Positions 1-11,499 of a stretch of 64,000 bases of DNA are shown in pieces. A program made the translations under genes and the position numbers. Below the pieces are notes generated by a model. The model was not told where the DNA came from. It saw nothing but the letters and a program-made list of their open reading frames with translations, and ran no database searches. The DNA lies in assembly GCA_965209155.1 (NCBI GenBank), contig OZ242383.1, positions 64,001 to 128,000 of the forward strand, written 5' to 3'. Source of the DNA: a bacterium (GTDB lineage: Bacteria > SAR324 > NAC60-12). Positions within the stretch are counted from its first letter, which is position 1, and every line of letters starts with the position of its first letter.

Positions 1-547
1 CAGCGAGGTGCCACAATATCCTTGGTCCGCGGAAAAAGCTTTCAAGCTTGGATATTTGCGAGTGGTTTGCTCAAAAACAGCGCACCCTTCCTTGGTGTCA
101 GATTGGTTCGCTGCATGGACTTTCACATATAAAAGGTTGCCCAAAGTATCCACACTGATATGGCGTTTATGTCCTTTGATTTTTTTTTCCCCCATCGATG
201 CCCCGCTCTTTGGAAGCATATTGGGTTTTCACACTTTGAGAATCGACGATGGCGTAACTGGGAAAAGGCTTCTTGCCCTGTTTCACACGAGTGCGGGCAT
301 TGAGGTAATCCAAAACCTTTTGCCAAATCCCTCTTTGATTCCAGCGGCGATAATGATCATAAACGGTTTGCCAGGGAGGAAAATCATGGGGAAGCATTCT
401 CCACTGACAACCCGATTTCACGACATATAAAACCGCATTGACGATGGTATGTTTGCTATGAATACTCTTGGCCCCTCGGGGGTCAGAACGTCTAAAAAAA
501 TGTTCAATCTCAGACCATTCTTGATCGCTTAAATTGCTTGAATACAT
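1..547 (-). CDS. IS5-family transposase, frameshifted at A9 run (180-188), partial
   Basis: ORF 167..547 ends IDGGKKNQRT*; the alternative frame continues GKKIKGHKRHISVDTLGNLL...FSADQGY to the window edge. Confidence 0.85.
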
Positions 548-609
548 CTATCTCCTTTTTTAAAAAATGGAAATTTAGTAAACATGCAATTTTTTATCCA
601 AACAGTCCC
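1..609 (-). mobile_element. IS5-family (IS1031-like) insertion sequence, truncated by window edge
   Basis: Transposase motifs YSSNLSDQEW, GCQWRMLPHDFPPWQTVY, VDSQSVKT; terminal sequence GGGACTGTTTGGATAA begins directly after the TAA at 610-612, consistent with a TNA target. Confidence 0.85.
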
Positions 610-1470
610 TTATTTCCAATCCTTGACAATCTTATCCCTGAAAATAGCTGTAGATGAGTTTTTATAAACGTATTCAATTACACCAATTAGCTCTTTTGCA
701 TAATCAAAGGGAATTGATATCATAAAAGGTTTGGAGCGCTCATAATCCACCTCGTAAGACATCATTTTCAATCTGAGGTCATTATATATCAAATAAGCAT
801 CTACAAATGATTCCTTGTGGATCAATTCGCCATATTTATCACCTGAAATAGATCTTAGGCGCTCCTGGAGATCATAAAGGGAATAAGTTTCATTTTTTAC
901 TAAATCTTCAATGTATATTTCATTATGCAGTACCGGAATGCCAGACATATTTTCCGGTTTCAAGTCAGTATTCTTTGCAACCCAGTGCCCGTCAAGAATT
1001 GGATTAAACCTTTTTATACTTGGACATAAGTCAACCGTCATTTGAATATTTATTTCGCGAAGTCGATGTAATCCATCTTTCGTTTGCCAGTCTTCGTCAC
1101 GTTGCTCACGAACAATTAACAAATCAATTCTGTTGTGTCTGGCTTTTGTCTCCGCTCCTTTTTGATAACCAATTTTAGTTGCAAAAACAGGTTTCAGATC
1201 AGGTATGTCCTGAATTTTTCCTATCAGAGCATCAATGTTATCAACGGATATTTTTGTTTTATAGTTTTTGCATTCAATAACCGTTTTATATTCGATTCCA
1301 GCGAACTCATACTCCCAGTACAAGTCAAATTCGCGTTCGATTCCTGAATTATCTATGATCTTTTTGTTGAGTTCGATTTCAATATTTTTCTGCTTTGCAT
1401 ATTCTTCTGAGTTCAAAATGGCTTGCTGTAGATTCTTAACGAAAATCTCGTAATCTTTTCCTTTCGACAT
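610..1470 (-). CDS. Mrr-like PD-(D/E)XK restriction endonuclease domain protein
   Basis: N-terminal YE..V, REFD...VIECKNY..KIS, G.QKGA...A motifs of Mrr_cat; C-terminal half not recognised. Confidence 0.8.
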   Translation of the reverse strand: MSKGKDYEIFVKNLQQAILNSEEYAKQKNIEIELNKKIIDNSGIEREFDLYWEYEFAGIEYKTVIECKNYKTKISVDNIDALIGKIQDIPDLKPVFATKIGYQKGAETKARHNRIDLLIVREQRDEDWQTKDGLHRLREINIQMTVDLCPSIKRFNPILDGHWVAKNTDLKPENMSGIPVLHNEIYIEDLVKNETYSLYDLQERLRSISGDKYGELIHKESFVDAYLIYNDLRLKMMSYEVDYERSKPFMISIPFDYAKELIGVIEYVYKNSSTAIFRDKIVKDWK

Positions 1471-1688
1471 ACTTCTCTTTCCCTATAAATTTAAACACCT
1501 TGCTGTCGCAACCACCTGATCACGAAATTCTCCGATGATACCTTCGCCCAGCGCTTCATTTGTTGGCTTAGTTTAAGGTACGGATTGTGCATTAATTACA
1601 ATTAATTACATCGGGGCAAGGGGAATAAAATATCTCCGCACAGATGCAATCTGATCAATACAATAGCTCTTTATCTCCGTGAGAAAAC

Positions 1689-2153
1689 ATGCGCTATTTT
1701 TTTATTGTAATGATATTTCTAATTCCAATGGGAAATTTGAGAAGTCATGAAGATTCCATTTATACAAGCACTCCTATCAAATATGTGCATTTTCATAATG
1801 TAAAATGGAAGTCATGCTTTACTATAGAAACATGTCTATTTCATGTTAGTAAATCTGATTCAAACTTTAAAGGTCAACTTTCAATTATGATTACTCAAAC
1901 CTACGGTCCCAATAATATCGATCCAGGATGCATGGCCGAATATCGTTATGCTCAAATAATACTCTCCGAATTAGAAAATCGTTTCATAAACTCAAAAATA
2001 ATAGATCTTGTCAAATGTCAAAAAACAACAGATTTTGCAGATTTGCAATGTGATGTCCTAGTTGATGAAAAATCTATTGACAAATGGTTAAAAAGAAAAT
2101 TTTTTCTAAGAGACTTCTATATTCCATGGTGCAAACAATTAGAACCAGAATAA
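1689..2153 (+). CDS. Exported protein, degenerate thermonuclease (SNase)-like
   Basis: Hydrophobic N-terminus; layout FHNVKWKSC-FTIETC...C.AE...A...L...KIIDL...DVLVD..SI..WL...PWC parallels SNase-family proteins, but DGDT and R-GIDTPE are substituted. Confidence 0.45.
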   Translation: MRYFFIVMIFLIPMGNLRSHEDSIYTSTPIKYVHFHNVKWKSCFTIETCLFHVSKSDSNFKGQLSIMITQTYGPNNIDPGCMAEYRYAQIILSELENRFINSKIIDLVKCQKTTDFADLQCDVLVDEKSIDKWLKRKFFLRDFYIPWCKQLEPE

Positions 2154-2216
2154 TAGGGTGCTTGCTCTCTGTTCTGAGAAATTTGTGGCAGTATTACCAA
2201 GGGACTGCAGGTACGA

Positions 2217-2461
2217 TGTTGACAGGGTAGCACATGATCGGTTTTCACATCGGCTAATTGCAATATTTCGCGAATCGGTAGCACATCAAATTTAAAAGTG
2301 TAGCAATGATCGGTCAATTTTTGCGAGAACGATAGACTTCCAAGATTTGCTAGCCCTCTTTCCTTTTAAGCATAACTCATTGCTTGTAAATCATAAGAAT
2401 GGTAAAAAATCCCGTATATGGACATAGTGAGAAGCTGATGAAAAAACGTGGCGCTACGGCG
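2217..2461 (+). repeat. Diverged ~160-240 bp repeat, copy A (transposon-end-like)
   Basis: Starts TGTTGACAGG; three GTAGCA(C)ATGATCGG-like boxes at ~2228, 2278, 2300; 2300-2461 aligns with 4788-4945. Confidence 0.7.
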
Positions 2462-2562
2462 ATTCTACAGTGTTTAATCAGAAATGCTGTTCTCATTCCC
2501 GTTCCGGCGAGCGTTCATCAAGGCAGGGTTTCGCTGAGGACCAGTGCCTGACGGACCGAGAC

Positions 2563-2920
2563 CCCGGTGAACCAAGTTCACCGAACAGCTCCACAATCCC
2601 TTCATACTGTCAACGGTCCGGCAACTCCGGGTATTTCTCGAACCCACCAGAAGCATCTTTGAGGGCAACCCGTATTCCACAATTGAGGCTGGCACCGCGC
2701 GAGATCAGCACCGGGATCAGCTCCTTTCGCGCGTAAACGACCGCATAGTCGAGTAGCGTTGCATTACGATCCCGATCCCGGAGAGCGAAATCCGCCCCGT
2801 GGTTCAGTAACGCTTCGACCGCGCTTCGTTTGTCTCGGTAGATCGCCCAGTGAAGCGGAGGGGGCGCCTCCTCGGTGGAGTTGACGAGACCGGGCTACAT
2901 CGTCAGCAGCTTCCCAATCC
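2563..2920 (-). pseudogene. Ankyrin-repeat protein remnant
   Basis: Manual translation: LLTM*PGLVNSTEEAPPPLHWAIYRDKRSAVEALLNHGADFALRDRDRNATLLDYAVVYARKELIPVLISRGAS...DR*QY; ankyrin consensus with in-frame TAG and TGA. Confidence 0.75.
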
Positions 2921-2929
2921 AGTTAAACG

Positions 2930-3649
2930 TCAACCGCTTCGATCTCGAGGCATCTCGTCCCAAGTCTGACCGTCGAGAGTTCTACCAGTGCGCTTCTTAA
3001 ACACGCCTCCCCACTGCTTGAAAAAAAACGGGACTTCACTGCTGAGGCAATTATCTCGGATTTCTCTTACCCAGTCGGCGTTCATGGGTCTTGCGCCTGG
3101 CCCCGATTCGCCACCCACGATGACCCAATCAATGCCTGACAGGTCAAGATCAGGTAGAGGTCCCAGTAAAGGCTCCAAGGAGAGGAACTTGATATAGGCA
3201 CCAGTGGCCTTCAACTGATCCAATCGATTTAGCCACCTCTCCGACTCTATACTTGTACCCAACCAGATATTTGGCCCCCAATCGAGGCGTGCGTTTATCT
3301 GCATCACCCGTCCAGGGCGCTTGGTAAGGATTTGAAACGTGTGCTGCGACGCTAGGTTCATGACTTCAAAGACTGATTGTACGAATTCTGAGGGAACAAC
3401 CTTGTGGAATAAGTCGCTCATCGAGTTCACGAACACGACACTCGGATTTTTCCACTTCAGAGGTTCCTTAACGACGGACTCATGGACAACGACCTCGAAC
3501 CCTCTTCGGTACTTTTCCATGCCCATGGTCTGAAGTCGCTTGGACATCCGTTCGGCATAGCAGTTCTTACAACCGTAGCTGATTTTTGTACAACCGGTGA
3601 CGGGATTCCAAGTAGTCTCCGTCCATTCAATTTTGGATAGTCTGGCCAT
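2930..3649 (-). CDS. DUF5131 / phage Gp37-Gp68 family protein (radical-SAM-like three-Cys motif)
   Basis: [58 protein letters not shown]. Confidence 0.93.
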   Translation of the reverse strand: MARLSKIEWTETTWNPVTGCTKISYGCKNCYAERMSKRLQTMGMEKYRRGFEVVVHESVVKEPLKWKNPSVVFVNSMSDLFHKVVPSEFVQSVFEVMNLASQHTFQILTKRPGRVMQINARLDWGPNIWLGTSIESERWLNRLDQLKATGAYIKFLSLEPLLGPLPDLDLSGIDWVIVGGESGPGARPMNADWVREIRDNCLSSEVPFFFKQWGGVFKKRTGRTLDGQTWDEMPRDRSG

Positions 3650-3653
3650 GGAC

Positions 3654-4517
3654 TTACATACGCGAGTTCAAAATATGACTGGCTATTTTCTTGGCAAGCT
3701 TTGCTCCTTTTGGGTTACCAGCGCAGAACATAAACTCAAACAATGGGGACTTCCTTGAATTCATAAAGGTCTTCGAAGTCTCTAAGTATCTGGGGCCAAA
3801 CAGACTTTTTAACTTGTCTTTGTATATTCTGATGATTCCGTCAACACCTGATTTACTTTGATACTGTTCGTCCTCTAGCCAAAATGACTGCTGAGGGATA
3901 ATGGAATATAGTTTATTCCAACTTTGATCACCAAAGATTCGATTCAGACGATCTACCCACTTTTCCGAAATATCTTCAGGCTTTTTCGATATTGGTAACA
4001 TTCTCCTAATCGAAGACACTGGAAAAAGTATCCAGGTATCAAGGGCCTCGAATCCTGCTATTTTTTCGATCGTAGCCCACTCAACCTCAGTTGCGAATGG
4101 ATCAAGAAAGAGTACGCCTCGCCATGCCTTCCAGTCTTCCTGCAGATTTTTCAAGAAAAAGTTTGCGTCGGACTCTTTAATCCAAATGTCTCTACCGGGA
4201 TATTCTTTGTGCAAGGACTGCAGCTTAGCAAATTGTTGAGGGTCTTTCTCGACAAAGATTAAGCGATCGAAGGGTTTATCAGCAATCTTTGTCGCCAGTC
4301 TTACTGACCCTTCGATAAAGTCCCGCGCGTCTTCGTCTTCGTTTCGCAGGCTGATTTCACCAGTGCCTGCAAAGGCATCAAGGTACATCAATTTGAAGAG
4401 CTGGTTCTTCAGTGCAGTGGTATAGGCGTCCAAGTACTTTTCCAGTATATTCAACTTTTCGACTGTCCACTGTCCACCAAATTTATCAGATGAGGAATTC
4501 GATGCCTTATTCATCAT
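3654..4517 (-). CDS. tcmP: Three-Cys-motif partner protein TcmP (methyltransferase-like)
   Basis: [28 protein letters not shown] motifs; canonical position next to DUF5131. Confidence 0.88.
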   Translation of the reverse strand: MMNKASNSSSDKFGGQWTVEKLNILEKYLDAYTTALKNQLFKLMYLDAFAGTGEISLRNEDEDARDFIEGSVRLATKIADKPFDRLIFVEKDPQQFAKLQSLHKEYPGRDIWIKESDANFFLKNLQEDWKAWRGVLFLDPFATEVEWATIEKIAGFEALDTWILFPVSSIRRMLPISKKPEDISEKWVDRLNRIFGDQSWNKLYSIIPQQSFWLEDEQYQSKSGVDGIIRIYKDKLKSLFGPRYLETSKTFMNSRKSPLFEFMFCAGNPKGAKLAKKIASHILNSRM

Positions 4518-4777
4518 ATTGCCTCTTGTTGCATGACATCATCGTACTCTTTTATTAATGAGCTGAGCTATGGTTGTCAAGGACTTCCTGTCACTGAGCT
4601 TAGACTCCGGTATCCTCACAAAACAACTGGGTAGTCTCCATAGACCTGTGTCAGCACTCCAAATAATTGTTCTTGTTCGAACATGAAACCCTATTCATGT
4701 TGATCCACTGCTGCCATGGTTATTTCCCCTTATTAGAATTAAACTAAAAATTAACTTATACACTAATTTTTAAAAAA

Positions 4778-4945
4778 AGTTAACATGGTAGCATATGATC
4801 GGTCAATTTTTGCGAAAACGGTAGACTTCCAAGACTTGCCACCCTTCTTTTTCCTCTTCAAGCATAACGCATTGCTTGTAAATCGTAAGTAGAATATAAA
4901 ATCCTGTAAATAGACGTGAGGTGATGAAAAACGTGGCGTGACGGT
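4778..4945 (+). repeat. Diverged repeat, copy B
   Basis: GTTAACATGGTAGCATATGATCGGTCAATTTTTGCGAAAACGGTAGACTTCCAAGA... aligns with 2217-2461. Confidence 0.7.
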
Positions 4946-5150
4946 CGCTACCGGAACTCAATTTGACAATAGATCTTTGATGACCTTGTGGCTGGGTTTG
5001 AGATTGAGCGCAGGCATAAAACTTATATTCTGAAACGGGTAAAGAGCAATAAATCAATCTTACCATATCGTTTGTAGTCCCCCATTTCAATAAAATTGGT
5101 TCAATCGTCCTCTAGTACATCACGGTGATAGTTCGTAAATACTCTTTATA

Positions 5151-5222
5151 TCATTCCAACAAAAGCAGGAATCCAGGGTATCGAATCGTACCCTAGATTT
5201 CGGACTTCTGCCAGGAATGGCA
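5151..5222. repeat. Degenerate GTCATTCC...GGAATCC / GGATTCC...GGAATGAC palindromic element
   Basis: TCATTCCAACAAAAGCAGGAATCC ... GATTTCGGACTTCTGCCAGGAATGGC; same family as 47931-48047. Confidence 0.5.
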
Positions 5223-5460
5223 ACACCGAACAGCCGGAAGGAGAAGAACATGTATACACTTTTTCCATACGGTACTAGGGAATAAATTATCGGGTATAAT
5301 TGGAATTATCATTGAATATACTTTGCCATGCGCTGACGATTAATGGGTACGATGCATTCCCAACTATTCATTGACGCATTGAGATTCCAGGCATTTTAAG
5401 TATTATGAATAATGCTAAAATTCCTGATTTAACAGCTATAATCCTAGACTATTTCTCTAC

Positions 5461-6397
5461 GGGCTTGTTACAAAATAAATTGAACAACTAGATTTTTTGT
5501 GGTCTACTGATTTCATGACTAACCATGAGATCAGTAAAGAGTGGATTAAGGCGTTCGGCTACCTCAACGAGCCACAGAAAAGGTGGTTCGCAGCAGTAAA
5601 AGCAAAAGAGCTTGGCTACGGAGGTGTTTCACAAGTAAGTCGCGCGACCGGACTATCCAGAACGACGGTAACTCAGGGTCTCCGTGATTTAGAAGAAGAC
5701 GGATCGTTATCGCTTGACAGCGATCGTCTCCGTCGTGAGGGTGGGGACGAAAGTATTCGAGGCACAAGAGTCCTGAGTTGCTCAAAGCAATTGAGGGCAT
5801 TCTTGAAGAGTCTTCTGCAGGAGATCTGATGAGCCGCTTACGGTGGACATGCAAATCGACCAGATCTATCGCAGATCAGCTGTTTGCATGTCCTCAGATA
5901 CCTCTGAGTTTGCTGTCAATAGCCTTTGGCAGTGGTGGAGACACTTTGGAAAAAAGCGCTATCCCAATGCAACTGAGATTCTTGTGTGTGCCGATGGCGG
6001 AGGGAGCAATGGGAGTAGAGCTCGGGCATGGAAGTTTTACTTACAAGAATTAGCAAACAAGCTTGGGATACCAATTACAGTCGCGCATTATCCACTAGGG
6101 ACAAGCAAGTGGAACAAGATTGAGCATCGTATGTTTTCATTCATCAGCATGAATTGGAAAGGCAGGCCACTAGAAAACTATGAGTCCGTGGTGAGATTGA
6201 TCGCCTCGACTACGACCAAAAACGGCCTCAATATCAAGGCTCGACTTGATCGCAAGCAATACAAAACTGGTATGAAAGTATCCAACGAAGAATTTGATAA
6301 CATAAATCTAAAATTTGCAAAAAAGTTTCCTCAATGGAACTACACCATTCACCCTATATGAAACTCAAAGATGTTCAACTTATTTTGTAACAAGTCC
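5461..6397 (+). mobile_element. ISAzo13-family IS, internally deleted and frameshifted
   Basis: TIRs GGGCTTGTTACAAAATAAATTGAACA (5461) and TGTTCAACTTATTTTGTAACAAGTCC (to 6397); transposase pieces GYGGVSQVSRATGLSRTT, LRWTCKSTR, ADGGGSNG, GTSKWNKIEHRMFS. Confidence 0.92.
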
Positions 6398-7391
6398 TTA
6401 AACGTTTCATTTAAGGTTTCTGTCTCGCTTTTAGACTTCCTGCGAAAACGACCATTCTGTTCGATCCATGTATATCCAGTTCCCTCTCCAATTTGGCGTT
6501 TCCATAAACTGGATGGAATTTCATGGACTCTTTCTTTTTAGTAAACCAAAGAATATAATCGAGATTTCCCGTAAGACCTGATGAACCAAGACCGACAGTC
6601 TTTTTTACTGAAATCTGAGAAACGAAATTTTCTTGTCCAAAGACTTCTTCAAGCAGAGCCTTTAGACGATGCACGTTTTCATCTCCAATCTGCACGAAGA
6701 TCGAACCACTCTCCGTGAGCAGGTCCCGGGCTACGGTCAGGCGATCCCGCAGGTACGTCAGGTAGGAGTGAATTCCGTCTCGCCAGGTGTCACGAAAGGC
6801 CTTGACCTGTTCCGGTTCACGGGTGATGTGGGTGGCGTTGCCGTCTTTGACGTCCCGGCTGGTAGTGGACCACTGGAAGTTGGAGTTGAACTTGATGCCG
6901 TAAGGAGGGTCGATGTAGATGCACTGCACTTTGCCACGCAATCCTTCGCGCTCGGCGAGAGAGGCCATCACCTGCAAGCTGTCTCCGAGGATCATGCGAT
7001 TGGACCAGTTGGCGTCATGCTGGTAGAACTCGGTACGGGCGTCTTCATCCGGCAGCCCGTTGAAGTCAGCAAAGAGGTCGAGTTGAGAGGATGTTTCCGT
7101 TTCCTTGCTGTGGCGTACCAGGTCGTCGACCAGCACCTTGGGGTGGACTTTTTCCTGGATGAAGAGCGGTGGCGCCTGCACGAGGAGGTCGGATGTGTCT
7201 TGTTCGTCCTTACCCCGCCAGACGAGTTGGGGATCGAGGTCACGGTTGCGACGTTGGTAGGCAACCCGGAGCGGGCTGCGGTCGTCCCTTTCCATGACGG
7301 CCTGGTACTCGGCGGTGGGGATGTTCTTCCGCGAGGCATCACCGTGAGTGAAGCTTTCCACTTGTTTATTCACTTTGGACGTTCCGGCCAT
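6398..7391 (-). pseudogene. mod: Type III R-M methyltransferase (Mod), 3'-truncated
   Basis: NRMILGDSL, IYIDPPYGI, GSIFVQIGDEN; frameshift near 6500, then cut by ISAzo13; SAM-binding FxGxG half absent. Confidence 0.9.
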
Positions 7392-7549
7392 TGTTCTTTA
7401 GTTATGCAATGATTATTTTGCTGGTCAATAAAATTTTTCAGAGTAGAGCCCGGATGAGGTCACTGAGATACACCCGTTTTGTATTTTGCTCGTTAAACAC
7501 ATTTAATAATCGATTACTGATGTTTTATCTTAATCCTTTCTTAACAAAC

Positions 7550-10056
7550 TCATGTTTCCGTCGCAATCTCTATGCTGGTCAGGTTTACCACCTCGGTGTA
7601 TAGGTCGACATCGCTTTCCGGAGCCCTGATACTGACAACTAAGGCATACCTTGCAGCTTGATCGTATCGATCGAGTGCGGGACGTGTTTTCCACCAGCCG
7701 ATGGCGGGATAGACGGCGATGATCCCTCTACTTGCCAGATCAGCGGCGGTTCCTTGCCAGATATCTCCGTGCAGCGAGCCTCTGTGGCGTTCTCGCGTAC
7801 CGATCATCCAAAATGGATCTTTCCCGCTTTTGGTAGTTCCTTGTTCCTCGTCTCTAGCCATAAGGTTGATCCGAGACCGAAACTCGTTAGTCGATTCTAG
7901 AGGTCGTTTGACATCGAACCGGAGGCCGTGAGACTCGTAGCGATATCGGGAACCAACTCCCCGTTGCGTCGGATTGGGCTCGATAAAATAGGAGAGCGTC
8001 ACCCGCATTTCGACCTTTGTATTTCCAAGACTCTCCAGAGCGTCACATGGCCAAGGAAGATTATGGAGATGCATGTCGCGAAATGTGGGTTGCTTGGAAG
8101 GTTCTTTCTTGAAGGGATGGAGGCTTGCCTGAACGACCATCGTCAGTGAGTTCTCAAGGCTCCACAACGCACGGTCGAGATCCGGTACGCCGAAGCCGCA
8201 TCTCCGGATCAGACGCAAATAGTCCTGCTTCTTTGGGTTGCCAGTCTTGGGTAGAAACAAATACTTCATCGCGTCTGTCCACTCTGCCGAGTGCACGATC
8301 AGCGCGCGGATCGTCTCCGGCCATAATCCGGGATAGACCGCCATTACCTGCGCAGCCAGGCGGGATGCGAGCGCAGTGGCTGCACTGGTACCATTGACTG
8401 TCGTAAATGGCCGGTTGAGGGGGCGATAATGGGTCGTCAACAAGCTGAGACTGTTCATACAAACGGCACTTATTGAATCCTTTGCGGCATTACCACCTTC
8501 AAGTACGATATCGGGCTTCAGCGGCCAGTGTGCCTGCCATGTTAGAGAAGTCGTGCTGAACGGGCTCAGACCACCGCTTGGCGCGATGGGCGTGTAGCCG
8601 CTCGCATCTGGTTCGGTAATCCGTACGAGGTCGGTGCAGGCCCCAACAGTGAGCACGTTCCATGCCTGGGCTGGGTCATGAACTCCGTCGGTATCATTGC
8701 TGTGCGGATATGCTGGCCATGCGTTAATGTCATCGATATTTCCGGCAGAAACTACCAATAAGCGCGGATGTTCACGATGTCTATCGACATCGGCCGCCAT
8801 CGAGTCCAAAGCCGCCGACCATGAAGAAGGCTGACCCCTGTCCCGATTGTCCCGGGCTGTAATGGCCATCCCGAAGACTCTTTGGCGGAATGGAGCTGTG
8901 ATTTCAGGCCGGGCTATTGCTTCCTTTGTCAAATACCCATGTTGGACGGGATCCGTTCCGGTTTCACCATTCCGAGGCAGTAACTTGACCGATTCGAGGC
9001 GATGATTAATTTCCATAGGATCACTGCCGGCGAGGCTCATTGTCAGGTTTCCCGCAATAGCCAACCCCGCCATCCGTGTTCCGTGGCCGTCGTCATCGTC
9101 GGTGCCCCAACCGGGTTCGACCGTATGAAGGTCGCTGACAGCGAGCGCAGGAGTGAGTAACCGATGGCCGCGATTGACACCCGTATCTAGCAGGCAAACA
9201 TAAGGCGTCCGATCAGTCTCAGGCAAGAATCGGGTACGCTCCATCAGGTCGTCAAGCCACAAAGCCTGTTCATCTGCTGGCATCGAATCGAAGAAATCCG
9301 CTGTTTCCTTTGCGCGCCGCAATTCGGCAATACTGTTGAGCGTTACCATGGAACGCTGCATTTGCTCGACCAATGCGTACGTCAACAGTACCGTTCGCTC
9401 CGGGAATATAATCTCCCCCGGTGCTACACGCATCTCCTGTGCCACGGCCCACTCACGAAATGCTGTGGTAGTTATTTGCCGGTCCCCACGGACTGGCAAC
9501 CAAACCTCCCACCAGACCGGTCCTTCGTCATTTGTGGGAAATGTCTCGGCAGTGTCCGTCCAAAGCGCTCGAAGGCTCGCCGCCCGGATCTGTAAAATTG
9601 CGTTGATCAGCCGTCTGTTATCGCGAAAGCGGCCGAGGCTGTCTTGTTTTTTCTCCAAATAGTCGCGGATGAGGCTTTCGAAGTGATCGAGCTTTCCGTC
9701 TGGTACAAATATTGTAGCCCTTATTCGATCATCATGACGGACATTCAGTAATTCGATTCCCGATCGCTCTCGAGCCAAACTTTCGAAGGCAAATTCTATA
9801 TCGGGGAAGCTCTCGAACTCGACTTGAAGTCCCAGACCTTCGTTGATTCCTGCTGCCTGCTGGGTTTGCCGAGCGGATTCTGCTTCCTTCCGAAGCCCGT
9901 CGATCTGCCTCCGCAACACTCCGCCATGTCGGGTTCGATCGCGTTCAGGAATCGCGAGATGTTGCCCCCCGCCTTGCTGCGGAGATCGATAAGCCTCCGT
10001 TTCTGTGACTCTTTCGAGGATGAAGTGTCTTTTTTTTCTTCAGTTCCGTTCGCCAT
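7550..10056 (-). CDS. ietS: S8 subtilisin-like serine protease IetS; N-terminus frameshifted at A8 run (10030-10037)
   Basis: Catalytic motifs LLDTGV, GHGTRMAG, SAGN, NGTSAAT; MANGTEEKK at 10056 joins RHFILERVTETEAYRSP...LRRQ only if one A is added. Confidence 0.85.
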
Positions 10057-10064
10057 TCTGTCCA

Positions 10065-11054
10065 CTACACCTTATTCTCATGCAGTCTCTCGGCGATGTT
10101 CTTGCGCTCGTTGAGCATGTTTCGTATATCTTCAGTACGGACTGTAGCGCGATGGTGGATCAGTGAGTCTTTCAAGGCCTCGTTTGCGGCGCGGCTGACA
10201 TCCGCGTAGCTCAATCCTAACGCCAAATCGGCCAGGTTCTCCCAACGGAGTCCTTTGACTACGGATCCAGCGAGACGCGTTTTCAGGAGCCCTGCGATTT
10301 GCGATCTGTTGGGCAGATCGTAGTGTAAAATGTCGTCAAATCTCCGAAATAGTGCCGGATCAAGTATTCTGAGATGATTCGTTGCGGCAACAACAAGACT
10401 GTGAGAACGTTCTTGCTCGATCATTTGCAAAAAGCTGTTCAGCACCCGGCGGATTTCCCCTACATCATTAATCAGTCCTCGCTGCGACCCAATAGCGTCA
10501 AACTCATCGAAGAAGTAGATGCCGCGAGTACGGCTAGTAGCGTCGAAAATCTGTCGTAGCTTGGCTGCAGTTTCTCCCATGAATTTGGTGATGAGACTGT
10601 CGAGCCGTACCTGAAAGAGTGGAAGGCCAAGTTCCCCGGCCAGGACGGCAGCCGTACGGGTCTTGCCCGTGCCGGGAGGTCCAGTCAGCAGCAACTTGCG
10701 TCTTGGCGAGAGACCATGCTCGACAATCCGCTGAGCATGACGTTGTTCACGAATGACACGCACTATTTGAATGGCAAGGTTGTCGCTCAGAATCATCTCT
10801 CCCAGCCGTGATTTCGGGTAAGAAGCTTCCAAAAGATTTGCCAACTCACCACGCGGACGACCAATCGGCACCAGCGAATCCTTCCCGCTTCGGCCTTTGG
10901 ATTTATCGATCAGGGAACGCAATTCCTTGGCGAGCTTGCCATGACCCAGTTTTGCTTCATGAGCGGCAACTTGCATGGCGACCGAGAAAAAATGGTCGTC
11001 GTCGCCTTCCAGATGCGATTTCAATAATGCCTTGAGTTGCTCGGCACTTGCCAT
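10065..11054 (-). CDS. ietA: AAA ATPase IetA
   Basis: MASAEQLKALLKSH N-terminus, Walker A GPPGTGKT, Walker B FFDEFD, LDPALFRRFD; immediately upstream of the S8 protease. Confidence 0.9.
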   Translation of the reverse strand: MASAEQLKALLKSHLEGDDDHFFSVAMQVAAHEAKLGHGKLAKELRSLIDKSKGRSGKDSLVPIGRPRGELANLLEASYPKSRLGEMILSDNLAIQIVRVIREQRHAQRIVEHGLSPRRKLLLTGPPGTGKTRTAAVLAGELGLPLFQVRLDSLITKFMGETAAKLRQIFDATSRTRGIYFFDEFDAIGSQRGLINDVGEIRRVLNSFLQMIEQERSHSLVVAATNHLRILDPALFRRFDDILHYDLPNRSQIAGLLKTRLAGSVVKGLRWENLADLALGLSYADVSRAANEALKDSLIHHRATVRTEDIRNMLNERKNIAERLHENKV

Positions 11055-11319
11055 GAGATATCTCTCGTTGTCCAGCGTCTTTCGGCGATTACCCGCAAGT
11101 AAATCGGTTTATCGCTACGTAATTAATGAAAATTCGTTACTTAAATCATTCGTTTATCAGTGTCAAGCCTGTGACATGCGAATCTGGTGGAGTCACTGGA
11201 TTGACACCCATATCGAGAAGCTTAGGAGTTGCTTGACTATGATTGCTTGATTGCCAAATTTTCATTTTTTTAAAAAGGAGATTGATATATCCAGGGACCG
11301 AAGCAATCAGGAGCGGTCT

Positions 11320-11440
11320 AAACTTGTTTTTCTGTTATTATTGGGCCGTAAAAATAGCGAGGAACTATTGCCTAAACTCACCTTTGTTGATGCTGCCCAG
11401 ATTTTTTACCTCAAAGGTAAATTCTGTCTGAATTCCATGC
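11320..11440 (-). pseudogene. Remnant N-terminus of an ABC/AAA_15-like ATPase
   Basis: FEVKNLGSINKGEFRQ* followed by a frameshifted GPNN.(G)KT-like P-loop. Confidence 0.35.
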
Positions 11441-11499
11441 ATGGGCATACCTCTGTCATATCTCCATCAGCGCTGTGAGATCGAAAGTGTGAATCCGAA

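Noticed and set aside
5112..5278. Possible MITE with CTAGTAC...GTACTAG ends
   Set aside because: Only 7 bp of perfect match and a single copy; not enough support.
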